Made by a program: the position numbers and the translations under genes
DNA from: Macrostomum lignano
Taxonomy: Eukaryota
Assembly: GCA_002269645.1 (NCBI GenBank)
Contig: NIVC01003348.1
Coordinates: forward strand, 1 to 47,949
Direction: 5' to 3'
DNA length: 47,949 bases
The notes under the pieces: generated by a model
Databases searched by the model: none
Seen by the model: the letters and a program-made list of their open reading frames with translations, nothing else
Told to the model about the DNA's origin: nothing
In this document: piece by piece, positions 9,762 through 23,700 of the stretch
Layout: each line of letters begins with the position of its first letter
Position numbering within the stretch: the first letter of the stretch is position 1

Positions 9762-11682
9762 GTGATTGAGACTGGCTGATGGCAGACATCGAGACAGGCT
9801 AATGGTAGACATCGAGACATGCTAATGGCAGACATTGAGACTGGCTGATGGCAGACATTGAGACTGGCTAATGGCAGACATTGAGACTGGCTGATGGCAG
9901 ACATTGAGACTGGTTAATGGCAGACATTGAGACTGGCTAATGGCAGACATTGAGACCGGCTAATGGCAGACATTGAGACTGGCTAATGGCAGACATTGAG
10001 ACTGGCTAATGGCAGACATTGAGACAGGCTAATGGCAGACACACATACTGGCTAATGGCAGACATTGAGACTGGCTAATGACAGACACTGAGACAGGCTA
10101 ATGGCAGACACACAGACTGGCTAATGGCAGACATTGAGACTGGCTAATGGCAGCCATTAATAAGACAAGCTAATGACAGACACTGAGACAGGCTAATGGC
10201 AGACACACAGACAGGCTAATGGCAGACATTGAGACTGGCTAATGGCAGACATTAAGACAAGCTAATGACAGACACTGAGACAGGCTAATGGCAGACACAC
10301 AGACAGGCTAATGGCAGACATTGAGACTGGCTAATGGCAGACATTAAGACAAGCTAATGACAGACACTGAGACAGGCTAATGGCAGACACACAGACAGGC
10401 TAATGGCAGACATTGAGACTGGCTAATGGCAGACATTAAGACAAGCTAATGACAGACACTGAGACAGGCTAATGGCAGACACACAGACAGGCTAATGGCA
10501 GACATTGAGACTGGCTAATGGCAGCCATTAAGAGAAGCTAATGACAGACACTGAGACAGGCTAATGGCAGACACACAGACAGGCTAATGGCAGACATTGA
10601 GACTGGCTAATGGCAGATATTGAGACCGGCTAATGACAGACATCGAGACTGGCTAATGGCAGACATTAAGACAGGCTAATGGCAGACACTGAGACAGGCT
10701 AATGGCAGACACACAGACAGACTAATGGCTGACAATAAGACAGGCCAATTAGCAGACACTGACTGAGACAGGCTAATGACAGACTCAGGCAGGCTAGTGA
10801 CAGACATTGAGACTGCGACATTAAGGCGGGCTAGTGTAGACCTGAGTTAGATTAAGTAGACAGACAGACATTGATAAGAGTTATGTCACAATATGTCACA
10901 GCATGCAGACCTCACTAATCTGGCTCAATCGCAGGTCCATCTCCAAAGCTGTGAGTCCTCCAGTGTTCTTCACCGGGCTCTGGCGGGTCCTGTCCGATTC
11001 TCCCAGCGTCCGCCTCACCGGCCTCAACTTTGTCCTGGCCTGCTACGATAAACGAAAATCGTTGGACGATCAAGACGATTTAATGGGCCAAGTGTTGGGC
11101 AATCTGATGGACAGTCTGTGCGCTGTGCTGGCCGATCACAATACACTGGTGCAGAGACAGGTTCGTTTGTAGTAGTATCAGTAGTACTTGTATTAGTAGT
11201 GGTAGTAGCAGTAGTAGTACTAGTACTTGTATTAGTAGTAGTATTAGTAGTAGTAGTATTAGTAGTAGTAGTATTAGTAGTAGTAGTATTAGTATTAATA
11301 GTAGTAGTAGTTGTAGTAGTAGTATTCAGTAGTATTAGTAGTGGTAGTAGTAGTAGTATTAGTAGTATTATTAGTAGTGTTAGTAGTAGTATTGGTATTT
11401 GCCAACTCCAATCTTATTTACTCTTGTCTTGTAACTTTACTTTAGTCTTGAAATTCCTTAAGATATAAAAGTACAGTTTTCAGAAGTCCAACCCGTCCAC
11501 ACACTCTGATCCAAACTCTCATCAGGCCCTGGAATTCCTGCTCAATGCGTTCCCGTTGAGCGCCAGTCGCCTCGGCAGCGACGACTTGGCCAGACTGTGC
11601 GCTGCCGCTTTTAACATTTTGTTAAAACGCGACGCCTCTTTGAATCGGCGCTTCTACGCCTGGTTGCTAGGCAACAGTCCCA

Positions 11683-11719
<37 letters not shown>

Positions 11720-14700
11720 AGTTCAAGATGACGCCGCCTCTGCCGCTTCCTCAGCTGGCGGAGGCACCGCTTCTAACAATCGATTTGTTGGCCGAAGCGT
11801 CTGCATAGCGGCCTATCGAATATTTGCCAATCAGAAGGCTGCAGATCCTGTGCCTGCTTTTCGAGTGCTGCAGTCTCTTATTGAGAGGCCGGTTGTTGGA
11901 CAACAGGTGAGATTTGTTGAACAGGTACATCATGAAAGACTGGCTTATCTGGGGTTTGAGCCTACACGATTATCCCCTACTCTTGATTTAGGAGATTATC
12001 ATAAACGATTAGGGAGATCATCCTAAAGAATTCGGGAGATTATCGTAAAGGATTTGGAAGATACTCCTGAAGGATTGGGGAGAGATTACCGAAAAGGATT
12101 TGGGAGATCGTCCTAAAGTATTTGGGAGATTATCCTAAAGGATTTGGGAGATTATCCTAAAGGATTTGGAATATACTCCTGAAGGATTGGGGAGATTATC
12201 GAAAAGGATTTAGGAGATTGTCCTAAAGTATTTGGGAGATCATTTTAAAGGATTTGTGAGATTATCCTAAAGGATTTGTGAGATTATCCGAAATTTTTTT
12301 TGGAATTATCCTAAAAGATTAGGGAAATTATCCTAAAGGATCAGGGAGACTATCATAAAGTATTAATTTGGGAGATTATCTTAGGATTAGTGAGATTATT
12401 CTTAGAATCGGAAGTGGATTGGCCCTTACAAATCAGGGATTAGCTAATTATTAAGGATTATCCTATAATAGTTCCTAAATTTGTTTTAGTTAGCAATCAG
12501 AGGTGTATATATATTTGTTAACAATAATATCCAGATCGTCTCAGACACGCTGTTAACTGCGCTACGCCTTTGGCGCGATGCACCAAATCCGGAGGACGCC
12601 TCAGCCTCGATCGGTCACCTACTTAGCAGCCTTGATGGCGCTTTCCTTTGTCGGTTCTTTGCCGACCTACTGGCTTCCGACTGGTCCCGCTGCGAGGAGC
12701 TGTGCTCGCTGGCTAGAATGGCTCATAATCGATGCTTAGCTAACGATTGGACTCCGTTGCTATTGCGTCTGCTTCGGTTAGTAACTAATCGCCTGCCGGA
12801 GACCAGTCCAGGCATGCTGGAAGCCGCTATTCGACTGGCTTCGGAGCTGCTGGCCAGCGCCGCCTCTGAGCCGTTGGATCCTAGGATTGTTCAAGCTTGC
12901 AGACTGGCTTATCTTCGATTGTGCCTCACTAAACTGGGATTGGACCGAACTGTGCTGGCTAATGCGCCAGCCAGATTGAGGTCGGATTCTACTGAGGGAG
13001 GTCACGTGACCCTGGCGGATAGCGGTGTAGCTTTTGCCGCAGCGTTGGAATCTCTGCTAGCTCTGCTAGGCCGGGTGGCCGCGTGCCCTCTGCGCGACGT
13101 CAATAATGGATTGGGAATTGAAGATGATTCTGAGGACACCAATGACGAGGGCAAGGATGATGCTGATCTTGACGATGAGGAAGAGAATGCTGACCTGCCA
13201 GCGCCTCGGTGGGTGCTGGCTCTGCTGGTGAGTGTTTGTGTCTTTGATCGATTTTAGTTGAGCAGTGTGGGATTTTCGTTGAGCAGTGTGGGATTTTCAT
13301 TGAGCAGTATGGGATTTTAGTTGAGCAGTGTGGGGTTTTAGTTAAGTAGTGTGAGATTTTAGTTGAGCAGTGTGGATTTCAGTTGAGTAGTGTGGGATTT
13401 TAGTTGAGCAGTGTGAGATTTTCGTTGAGCAGTGTGAGATTTTCATTGAGCAGTGTGGGATTTTAGTTGAGCAGTGTGGGATTTTAGTTGAGCAGTGTGA
13501 GATTTTAGTTGAGCAGTGTGGGATTTTAGTTGAGCAGTGTGAGATTTTAGTTGAGCAGTGTGGATTTCAGTTGAGCAGTGTGGGATTTTCGTTGAGCAGT
13601 GTAGGGTTTTAGATAAGTAGTGTGGGATTTTAGTTGAGCAGTGTGGATTTCAGTTGAGCAGTGTGGGATTTTCATTGAGCAGTGTGGGATTTTAGTTAAG
13701 TAGTGTGGGATTTTCATTGAGCAGTGTGGGATTTTAGTTGAGCAGTGTGGGGTTTTAGTTAAGTAGTGTGAGATTTTAGTTGAGCAGTGTGGGAATTAAG
13801 TTGAGCAGTGTGGGATTTTAGTTGAGCAGTGTGGGAATTAAGTTGAGCAGTGTGGGATTTTAGTTGAGCAGTGTGGGATTTTAGTTGAGCAGTGTGGGAT
13901 TTTAGTTGATTAGTGTGGGATTTTAGTTGAGCAGTGTGGGATTTTAGTTGAGTAGTGTGGGATTTTAGTTAAGCAGTGTGGGATTTGAGTTGAGCAGTGT
14001 GGGATTTTAGTTGAGCAGTGTGGGATTTTAGTTGAGTAGTGTGGGATTTTAGTTAAGCAGTGTGGGATTTTAGTTGAGCAGTGTGGGATTTTAGTTGAGC
14101 AGTGTGGGATTTTAGTTGAGTAGTGTGGGATTTTAGTTGAGCAGTGTGGGATTTTAGTTGAGTAGTGTGGGATTTTAGTTAAGCAGTGTGGGATTTTAGT
14201 TGAGCAGTGTGGGATTTTAGTTAAGCAATGGGGGATATAAACTTGAGCAGTGTGGGGAAATAAACTTGAGCAGTGTGGGGAAATAAACTTGAGCAGTGTG
14301 GGGAAATAAATTTGAGCAGTGTGGGGATTTGTGTTTATACCTATCCTAATCTTCATCAATGCTCAGGTGAGCAGCTGTTTTGTCCGCGAGACCAGCATCC
14401 GTCATCCGAGTACTCGAGCCCTTCTAGAACTGCTCGCAGCCGCTCAGTGCCTCACCGCAGCCGATGCTAGCCACGAATTCGAAGCCGATTCTACAACCGC
14501 CGTCGCTTCCTCAAATCAATCGGCATCTGCAGCCTCTACTAAAGTCGTAGCGGTTTCATTTCCAACTCTTCCGCCAGTGGCCCTTGCCTGGCTTCAATCT
14601 AGCCAACTTTATTGTCTTCTAGGAGAGGCGCTCTGGTCAGATTTGGCGCCAGGCGCCGAACCGGCTGATCAACGCGCCGCGGCGAGTCTATTCGCCGAAC

Positions 14701-17700
14701 TGTGCCAATCGGTGCCGGAAATCTGCGAAGATTTGTTGCTAAGGAAACTGGGCAGCGAACAGGGCGATCAAGCTGATGCTCATAAAAGATTCGCATCGCT
14801 ATGGCTTCTGATGAAGCCGGATCGGGCGCCTCAGCTGCCCAGATGCCTGCTAGCTCTGTTACATTTTGTCGGCTCAGGACACGCCTTGGAGAAGATAGTA
14901 GTGGATTGGGCTGAGCACGCGATGAGAATGGGACAGCTGCATCGACTGTTGAATCCATTGTTAGCTCTGCTGCTGTCTCCGAAAGCTGCTCGGCTCAGCG
15001 TCGATAGAATTGCCGAGGAAGCGTCCGCTAAAAATGGCTCATCGGCGAATGGCGGCGGCGGCGCGTCCACGTCGCGTTGGGATGTTGAAGAGGCGCGAAT
15101 TGTCGGTATTGAAAGCGACGGCACTGGGAAGGTAAGATAGGGTGAGATTTTGAGTTTTCTTAGCTTTCAAGGTGAGATTTTGGAGATTTCTTAGCTTTAA
15201 GGATGAGATTTTGGAGATTTCTTAGCTTTCAGGGTGAGATTTTGGAGATTTCTTAGCTTTAAGGGTGAGATTTTGATATTTCTTAGCTTTAAGCGTGAGA
15301 TTTTGAGATGGCTTAGCTTTAAGGGTGAGATTTTGATATTTCTTAGCTTTCAGGGTGACATTTTGAGATGACTTAGCTTTAGGGTGAGATTTTGACATCT
15401 CTTAACTTAAAAAAATTTTTGAGATCTCTTAGCTTTAGGAGTGAGATTTTGAGATTTCTTAGCTTAAAGAGTGAGGTTTTGAGATTGCTTAGGTCTAAGG
15501 GTTAGATGTTGTGATCTCTTAGCTTTAAGGGTGAGATTTTAAGATCTCTTAGCTTTTGGAATGAGATTTTGAGATCTCTTAGCTTTCAAGGTGAGACTAA
15601 GTGAGATTTTAAGATTGCTTAGCTTTAAGTTTGAGATTTTGAGATCCTGTATGCAATATGAGTATGGGTGAGATTTTAAGATTGCGTATTCAGTAGTGGT
15701 GGGATGTGACCTTTTGTAATTATTCAGCAACTTTATCCCAAATCCTTCTAAATCGTGACTATCAACGCCTTAATCCCCCATAATCTCAGGTAATCTATCG
15801 GGTCAACCAGTCGCCAGCCAGGGCCACCGACGGCACCAGCAATCATCAGGCATCTTCGCTAGCAAATCCATCGTCAAGCGGCTCTTCGGGCACCGCTTCA
15901 TCGGCTGGAAGGAGTCGATCAGCTGTTCAACTGTTGGCCACCGCCACCTCGGCTGCGCCAGTGCGGTTGCTAGGCGGCGGCGCCTCATCAGCATCTGCAG
16001 CTTCATTCCGATTGAGAATCAACCCGCTAGACGAAGCCTCGGTCAACGAGACGGATACGGACTCCATCGAGGCTAACTCTATTGAAGATAAAAATGTTGC
16101 AGATACTACTGAATCAGCTGCTGTTAGTAGTAGTAGCAATAGTAATAGAGAAGCGACTCCAACGCCGCCTGCTCGTGTGGCTTCATCTGGAGTTCTGTGC
16201 CCCAGCCCCGAGGCCGTGTCTGTTGTCAACGACATTATCGAAGAATTGATCACAGCCTCTTTGGCTCAAGTTGAGCGAAGCGTGCATCCGCTGTTTTCGC
16301 ACATGTGCCTGTACAATCGAAAGATTGATTGTTTGCAGGTAGGATTCTGTGGCTATGGTCCTTTATTGGGCATTGATGGGTCCTCTTGGCTATGGTCCTT
16401 TATTGGGCATTGATGGGTCCTCTTGGCTATGGTCCTTTATTGGGCATTGATGGGTCCTCTTGGCTATGGTCCTTTATTGGGCATTGATGGGTCCTCTTGG
16501 CTATGGTCCTTTATTGGGCATTGATGGGTCCTGTAGCTATGGTCCTTTATTGGGCATTGATGGGTCCTCTTGGCTATGGTCCTTTATTGGGCATTGATGG
16601 GTCCTGTAGCTATGGTCCTTTATTGGGCATTGATGGGTCCTGTAGCTATGGTCCTTTATTGGACATTGATGGGTCCTGTAGCTATGGTCCTTTATTGGGC
16701 ATTGATGGGTCCCTGGCTATGGTCCTTTATTGGGCATTGATGGGTCCTCTTGGCTATGGTCCTTTATTGGGCATTGATGGGTCCTCTTGGCTATGGTCCT
16801 TTATTGGGCATTGATGGGTCCTCTTGGCTATGGTCCTTTATTGGGCATTGATGGGTCCTGTAGCTATGGTCCTTTATTGGGCATTGATGGGTCCTCTTGG
16901 CTATGGTCCTTTATTGGGCATTGATGGGTCCTGTAGCTATGGTCCTTTATTGGACATTGATGGGTCTCTGGCTATGGTCCTTTATTGGCATTGATGGGTC
17001 CTCTGGCTATGGTCCTTTATTGGACATTGATGGTCCTCTTGGCTATGGTCCTTTATTGGGCATTGATGGGTCCTGTAGCTATGGTCCTTTATTGGGCATT
17101 GATGGGTCCTCTTGGCTATGGTCCTTTATTGGACATTGATGGGTCCTGTAGCTATGGTCCTTTATTGGACATTGATGGGTCCTCTTGGCTATGGTCCTTT
17201 ATTGGGCATTGATGGGTCCTCTGGCTATGGTCCTTTATTGGGCATTGATGGTCCTCTTGGCTATGGTCCTTTATTGGGCATTGATGGGTCCTGTAGCTAT
17301 GGTCCTTTATTGGACATTGATGGGTCCTGTAGCTATGGTCCTTTATTGGACATTGATGGGTCCTGTAGCTATGGTCCTTTATTGGACATTGATGGGTCCT
17401 GTAGCTATGGTCCTTTATTGGACATTGATGGGTCCTGTAGCTATGGTCCTTTATTGGACATTGATGGGTCCTTGTAGCTATGGTCCTTTATTGGACATTG
17501 ATGGGTCTCTTGCTATGGTCCTTTATTGGACATTGATGGGTCCTGTAGCTATGGTCCTTTATTGGACATTGATGGGTCCCTGTGGCTATGGTCCTTTATT
17601 GGACATTGATGGGTCCTCTTGGCTATGGTCCTTTATTGGGCATTGATGGGTCCTCTTGGCTATGGTCCTTTATTGGCATTGATGGGTCCTCTTGGCTATG

Positions 17701-20700
17701 GTCCTTTATTGGCATTGATGGGTCCTGTAGCTATGGTCCTTTATTGGACATTGATGGGTCCTGTAGCTATGGTCCTTTATTGGACATTGATGGGTCCTGT
17801 AGCTATGGTCCTTTATTGGACATTGATGGGTCTCTGTAGCTATGGTCCTTTATTGGACATTGATGGGTCCTCTTGGCTATGGTCCTTTATTGGCATTGAT
17901 GGGTCCTCTGTAGCTATGGTCCTTTATTGGCATTGATGGGTCCTGTAGCTATGGTCCTTTATTGGCATTGATGGGTCCTGTAGCTATGGTCCTTTATTGG
18001 GCATTGATGGGTCCTGTAGCTATGGTCCTTTATTGGCATTGATGGGTCCTGTAGCTATGGTCCTTTATTGGACACTGATGGGTCCTGTAGCTATGGTCCT
18101 TTATTGGACATTGATGGGTCCTGTAGCTATGGTCCTTTATTGGACATTGATGGGTCCTGTAGCTATGGTCCTTTATTGGACATTGATGGGTCCTGTAGCT
18201 ATGGTCCTTTATTGGACACTGATGGGTCCTGTAGCTATGGTCCTTTATTGGACACTGATGGTCCTTTATTGGACATTGATGGGTCCTGTAGCTATGGTCC
18301 TTTATTGGACACTGATGGGTCCTGTAGCTATGGTCCTTTATTGGACACTGATGGGTCCTGTAGCTATGGTCCTTTATTGGACACTGATGGGTCCTGTAGC
18401 TATGGTCCTTTATTGGCATTGATGGGTCCTGTAGCTATGGTCCTTTATTGGACATTGATGGGTCCTCTGCTATGGTCCTTTATTGGCATTGATGGGTCCT
18501 CTTGGCTATGGTCCTTTATTGGCATTGATGGGTCCTGTAGCTATGGTCCTTTATTGGACATTGATGGGTCCTCTTGGCTATGGTCCTTTATTGGGCATTG
18601 ATGGGTCCTCTTGGCTATGGTCCTTTATTGGGCATTGATGGGTCCTGTAGCTATGGTCCTTTATTGGGCATTGATGGGTCCTCTTGGCTATGGTCCTTTA
18701 TTGGGCATTGATGGGTCCTGTAGCTATGGTCCTTTATTGGGCATTGATGGGTCCTCTTGGCTATGGTCCTTTATTGGGCATTGATGGGTCCTCTTGGCTA
18801 TGGTCCTTTATTGGGCATTGATGGGTCTCTGTAGCTATGGTCCTTTATTGGGCATTGATGGGTCCTGTAGCTATGGTCCTTTATTGGACATTGATGGGTC
18901 CTGTAGCTATGGTCCTTTATTGGACACTGATGGGTCCTGTAGCTATGGTCCTTTATTGGACATTGATGGGTCCTGTAGCTATGGTCCTTTATTGGCATTG
19001 ATGGGTCCTCTTGGCTATGGTCCTTTATTGGCATTGATGGGTCCTCTTGGCTATGGTCCTTTATTGGGCATTGATGGGTCCTCTTGGCTATGGTCCTTTA
19101 TTGGCATTGATGGGTCCTGTAGCTATGGTCCTTTATTGGACATTGATGGGTCCTGTAGCTATGGTCCTTTATTGGACATTGATGGGTCCTGTAGCTATGG
19201 TCCTTTATTGGACATTGATGGGTCCTGTAGCTATGGTCCTTTATTGGCATTGATGGGTCCTCTTGGCTATGGTCCTTTATTGGCATTGATGGTCCTCTTG
19301 GCTATGGTCCTTTATTGGCATTGATGGGTCCTCTGGCTATGGTCCTTTATTGGCATTGATGGTCCTGTAGCTATGGTCCTTTATTGGCATTGATGGGTCC
19401 TGTAGCTATGGTCCTTTATTGGACATTGATGGGTCCTGTAGCTATGGTCCTTTATTGGACATTGATGGGTCCTCTTGGCTATGGTCCTTTATTGGCATTG
19501 ATGGGTCCTCTTGGCTATGGTCCTTTATTGGCATTGATGGGTCCTGTAGCTATGGTCCTTTATTGGACATTGATGGGTCCTGTAGCTATGGTCCTTTATT
19601 GGACATTGATGGGTCCTGTAGCTATGGTCCTTTATTGGACATTGATGGGTCCTGTAGCTATGGTCCTTTATTGGACATTGATGGGTCCTCTTGGCTATGG
19701 TCCTTTATTGGGCATTGATGGGTCCTGTAGCTATGGTCCTTTATTGGACATTGATGGGTCCTGTAGCTATGGTCCTTTATTGGACATTGATGGGTCCTGT
19801 AGCTATGGTCCTTTATTGGACATTGATGGGTCCTGTAGCTATGGTCCTTTATTGGACATTGATGGGTCCTGTAGCTATGGTCCTTTATTGGCATTGATGG
19901 GTCCTCTTGCTATGGTCCTTTATTGGGCATTGATGGGTCCTGTAGCTATGGTCCTTTATTGGACATTGATGGGTCCTGTAGCTATGGTCCTTTATTGGAC
20001 ACTGATGGGTCCTGTAGCTATGGTCCTTTATTGGACACTGATGGGTCCTGTAGCTATGGTCCTTTATTGGACATTGATGGGTCCTCTTGGCTATGGTCCT
20101 TTATTGGCATTGATGGGTCCTCTGGCTATGGTCCTTTATTGGGCATTGATGGGTCCTCTGTAGCTATGGTCCTTTATTGGGCATTGATGGGTCCTTAGCT
20201 ATGGTCCTTTATTGGCATTGATGGGTCCTTGGCTATGGTCCTTTATTGGCATTGATGGGTCCCTTGGCTATGGTCCTTTATTGGGCATTGATGGGTCCTC
20301 TTGGCTATGGTCCTTTATTGCGCATTGATGGGTCCTGTAGCTATGGTCCTTTATTGGACATTGATGGGTCCTGTAGCTATGGTCCTTTATTGGACACTGA
20401 TGGGTCCTGTAGCTATGGTCCTTTATTGGACATTGATGGGTCCTCTTGGCTATGGTCCTTTATTGGACATTGATGGGTCCTCTTGGCTATGGTCCTTTAT
20501 TGGCATTGATGGGTCCTCTTGGCTATGGTCCTTTATTGGACATTGATGGGTCCTCTTGGCTATGGTCCTTTATTGGCATTGATGGGTCCTCTTGGCTATG
20601 GTCCTTTATTGGCATTGATGGGTCCTGTAGCTATGGTCCTTTATTGGACATTGATGGGTCCTGTAGCTATGGTCCTTTATTGGACATTGATGGGTCCTGT

Positions 20701-23700
20701 AGCTATGGTCCTTTATTGGACATTGATGGGTCCTCTTGGCTATGGTCCTTTATTGGCATTGATGGGTCCTCTTGGCTATGGTCCTTTATTGGGCATTGAT
20801 GGTCCTCTTGCTATGGTCCTTTATTGGCATTGATGGGTCCTGTAGCTATGGTCCTTTATTGGACATTGATGGGTCCTGTAGCTATGGTCCTTTATTGGAC
20901 ATTGATGGGTCCTGTAGCTATGGTCCTTTATTGGACATTGATGGGTCCTGTAGCTATGGTCCTTTATTGGCATTGATGGGTCCTCTTGGCTATGGTCCTT
21001 TATTGGCATTGATGGTCCTCTTGGCTATGGTCCTTTATTGGCATTGATGGGTCCTGTAGCTATGGTCCTTTATTGGACATTGATGGGTCCTGTAGCTATG
21101 GTCCTTTATTGGACATTGATGGGTCCTGTAGCTATGGTCCTTTATTGGACATTGATGGGTCCTGTAGCTATGGTCCTTTATTGGACATTGATGGGTCCTG
21201 TAGCTATGGTCCTTTATTGGACATTGATGGGTCCTGTAGCTATGGTCCTTTATTGGACATTGATGGGTCCTGTAGCTATGGTCCTTTATTGGACATTGAT
21301 GGGTCCTGTAGCTATGGTCCTTTATTGGACATTGATGGGTCCTCTTGGCTATGGTCCTTTATTGGCATTGATGGGTCCTCTTGCTATGGTCCTTTATTGG
21401 CATTGATGGGTCCTCTGGCTATGGTCCTTTATTGGCATTGATGGGTCCTGTAGCTATGGTCCTTTATTGGACATTGATGGGTCCTGTAGCTATGGTCCTT
21501 TATTGGACATTGATGGGTCCTGTAGCTATGGTCCTTTATTGGACATTGATGGGTCCTGTAGCTATGGTCCTTTATTGGACATTGATGGGTCCTGTAGCTA
21601 TGGTCCTTTATTGGCATTGATGGGTCCTGGCTATGGTCCTTTATTGGCATTGATGGGTCCTCTTGGCTATGGTCCTTTATTGGCATTGATGGGTCCTGTA
21701 GCTATGGTCCTTTATTGGACATTGATGGGTCCTGTAGCTATGGTCCTTTATTGGACATTGATGGGTCCTGTAGCTATGGTCCTTTATTGGACATTGATGG
21801 GTCCTCTTGGCTATGGTCCTTTATTGGCATTGATGGGTCCTGTAGCTATGGTCCTTTATTGGACATTGATGGGTCCTGTAGCTATGGTCCTTTATTGGCA
21901 TTGATGGGTCCTGTAGCTATGGTCCTTTATTGGCATTGATGGGTCCTGTAGCTATGGTCCTTTATTGGCATTGATGGGTCCTGTAGCTATGGTCCTTTAT
22001 TGGACATTGATGGGTCCTGTAGCTATGGTCCTTTATTGGACATTGATGGGTCCTGTAGCTATGGTCCTTTATTGGACATTGATGGGTCCTGTAGCTATGG
22101 TCCTTTATTGGACATTGATGGGTCCTCTTAGCTATGGTCCTTTATTGGCATTGATGGGTCCTCTTGGCTATGGTCCTTTATTGGCATTGATGGGTCTCTG
22201 GCTATGGTCCTTTATTGGGCATTGATGGGTCCTCTTGGCTATGGTCCTTTATTGGCATTGATGGGTCCTGTAGCTATGGTCCTTTATTGGCATTGATGGG
22301 TCCTCTTGGCTATGGTCCTTTATTGGCATTGATGGGTCCTGTAGCTATGGTCCTTTATTGGGCATTGATGGGTCCTGTAGCTATGGTCCTTTATTGGCAT
22401 TGATGGGTCCTGTAGCTATGGTCCTTTATTGGACATTGATGGGTCCTCTTGGCTATGGTCCTTTATTGGACATTGATGGGTCCTTGGCTATGGTCCTTTA
22501 TTGGACATTGATGGGTCCTCTGGCTATGGTCCTTTATTGGCATTGATGGGTCCTCTTGGCTATGGTCCTTTATTGGCATTGATGGGTCCTCTTGCTATGG
22601 TCCTTTATTGGCATTGATGGGTCCTGTAGCTATGGTCCTTTATTGGACATTGATGGGTCCTGTAGCTATGGTCCTTTATTGGACATTGATGGGTCCTGTA
22701 GCTATGGTCCTTTATTGGACATTGATGGGTCCTCTGGCTATGGTCCTTTATTGGCATTGATGGGTCCTCTTGGCTATGGTCCTTTATTGGCATTGATGGG
22801 TCCTCTTGGCTATGGTCCTTTATTGGGCATTGATGGGTCCTGTAGCTATGGTCCTTTATTGGACATTGATGGGTCCTGTAGCTATGGTCCTTTATTGGAC
22901 ATTGATGGGTCCTGTAGCTATGGTCCTTTATTGGACATTGATGGGTCTCTTAGCTATGGTCCTTTATTGGACATTGATGGGTCCTCTTGGCTATGGTCCT
23001 TTATTGGCATTGATGGGTCTCTTGGCTATGGTCCTTTATTGGCATTGATGGGTCCTGTAGCTATGGTCCTTTATTGGACATTGATGGGTCCTGTAGCTAT
23101 GGTCCTTTATTGGACATTGATGGGTCCTGTAGCTATGGTCCTTTATTGGACATTGATGGGTCCTGTAGCTATGGTCCTTTATTGGACATTGATGGGTCCT
23201 GTAGCTATGGTCCTTTATTGGACATTGATGGGTCCTGTAGCTATGGTCCTTTATTGGACATTGATGGGTCCTGTAGCTATGGTCCTTTATTGGACATTGA
23301 TGGGTCCTGTAGCTATGGTCCTTTATTGGACATTGATGGGTCTCTGGCTATGGTCCTTTATTGGACATTGATGGGTCTCTTGGCTATGGTCCTTTATTGG
23401 CATTGATGGGTCCTGTAGCTATGGTCCTTTATTGGACATTGATGGGTCCTGTAGCTATGGTCCTTTATTGGACATTGATGGGTCCTGTAGCTATGGTCCT
23501 TTATTGGACATTGATGGGTCCTCTGTAGCTATGGTCCTTTATTGGACATTGATGGGTCTCTTGGCTATGGTCCTTTATTGGCATTGATGGGTCTCTTGGC
23601 TATGGTCCTTTATTGGCATTGATGGGTCCTGTAGCTATGGTCCTTTATTGGACATGATGGGTCCTGTAGCTATGGTCCTTTATTGGACATTGATGGGTCC

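Noticed and set aside
11118-11468. 116-aa poly-Val ORF as a membrane protein
   Set aside because: Translation of the (GTA)n microsatellite in intron 2.
13910-14359. 149-aa KIPHCST-repeat ORF on the minus strand
   Set aside because: Translation of the 21-bp intron 4 minisatellite.
9507-16253. Alternative-frame and antisense ORFs overlapping DOP1 exons (9507, 9547, 11751, 12778, 14599, 14831, 15803, 15927)
   Set aside because: Shadow ORFs expected from GC-rich coding sequence; no recognisable motifs.
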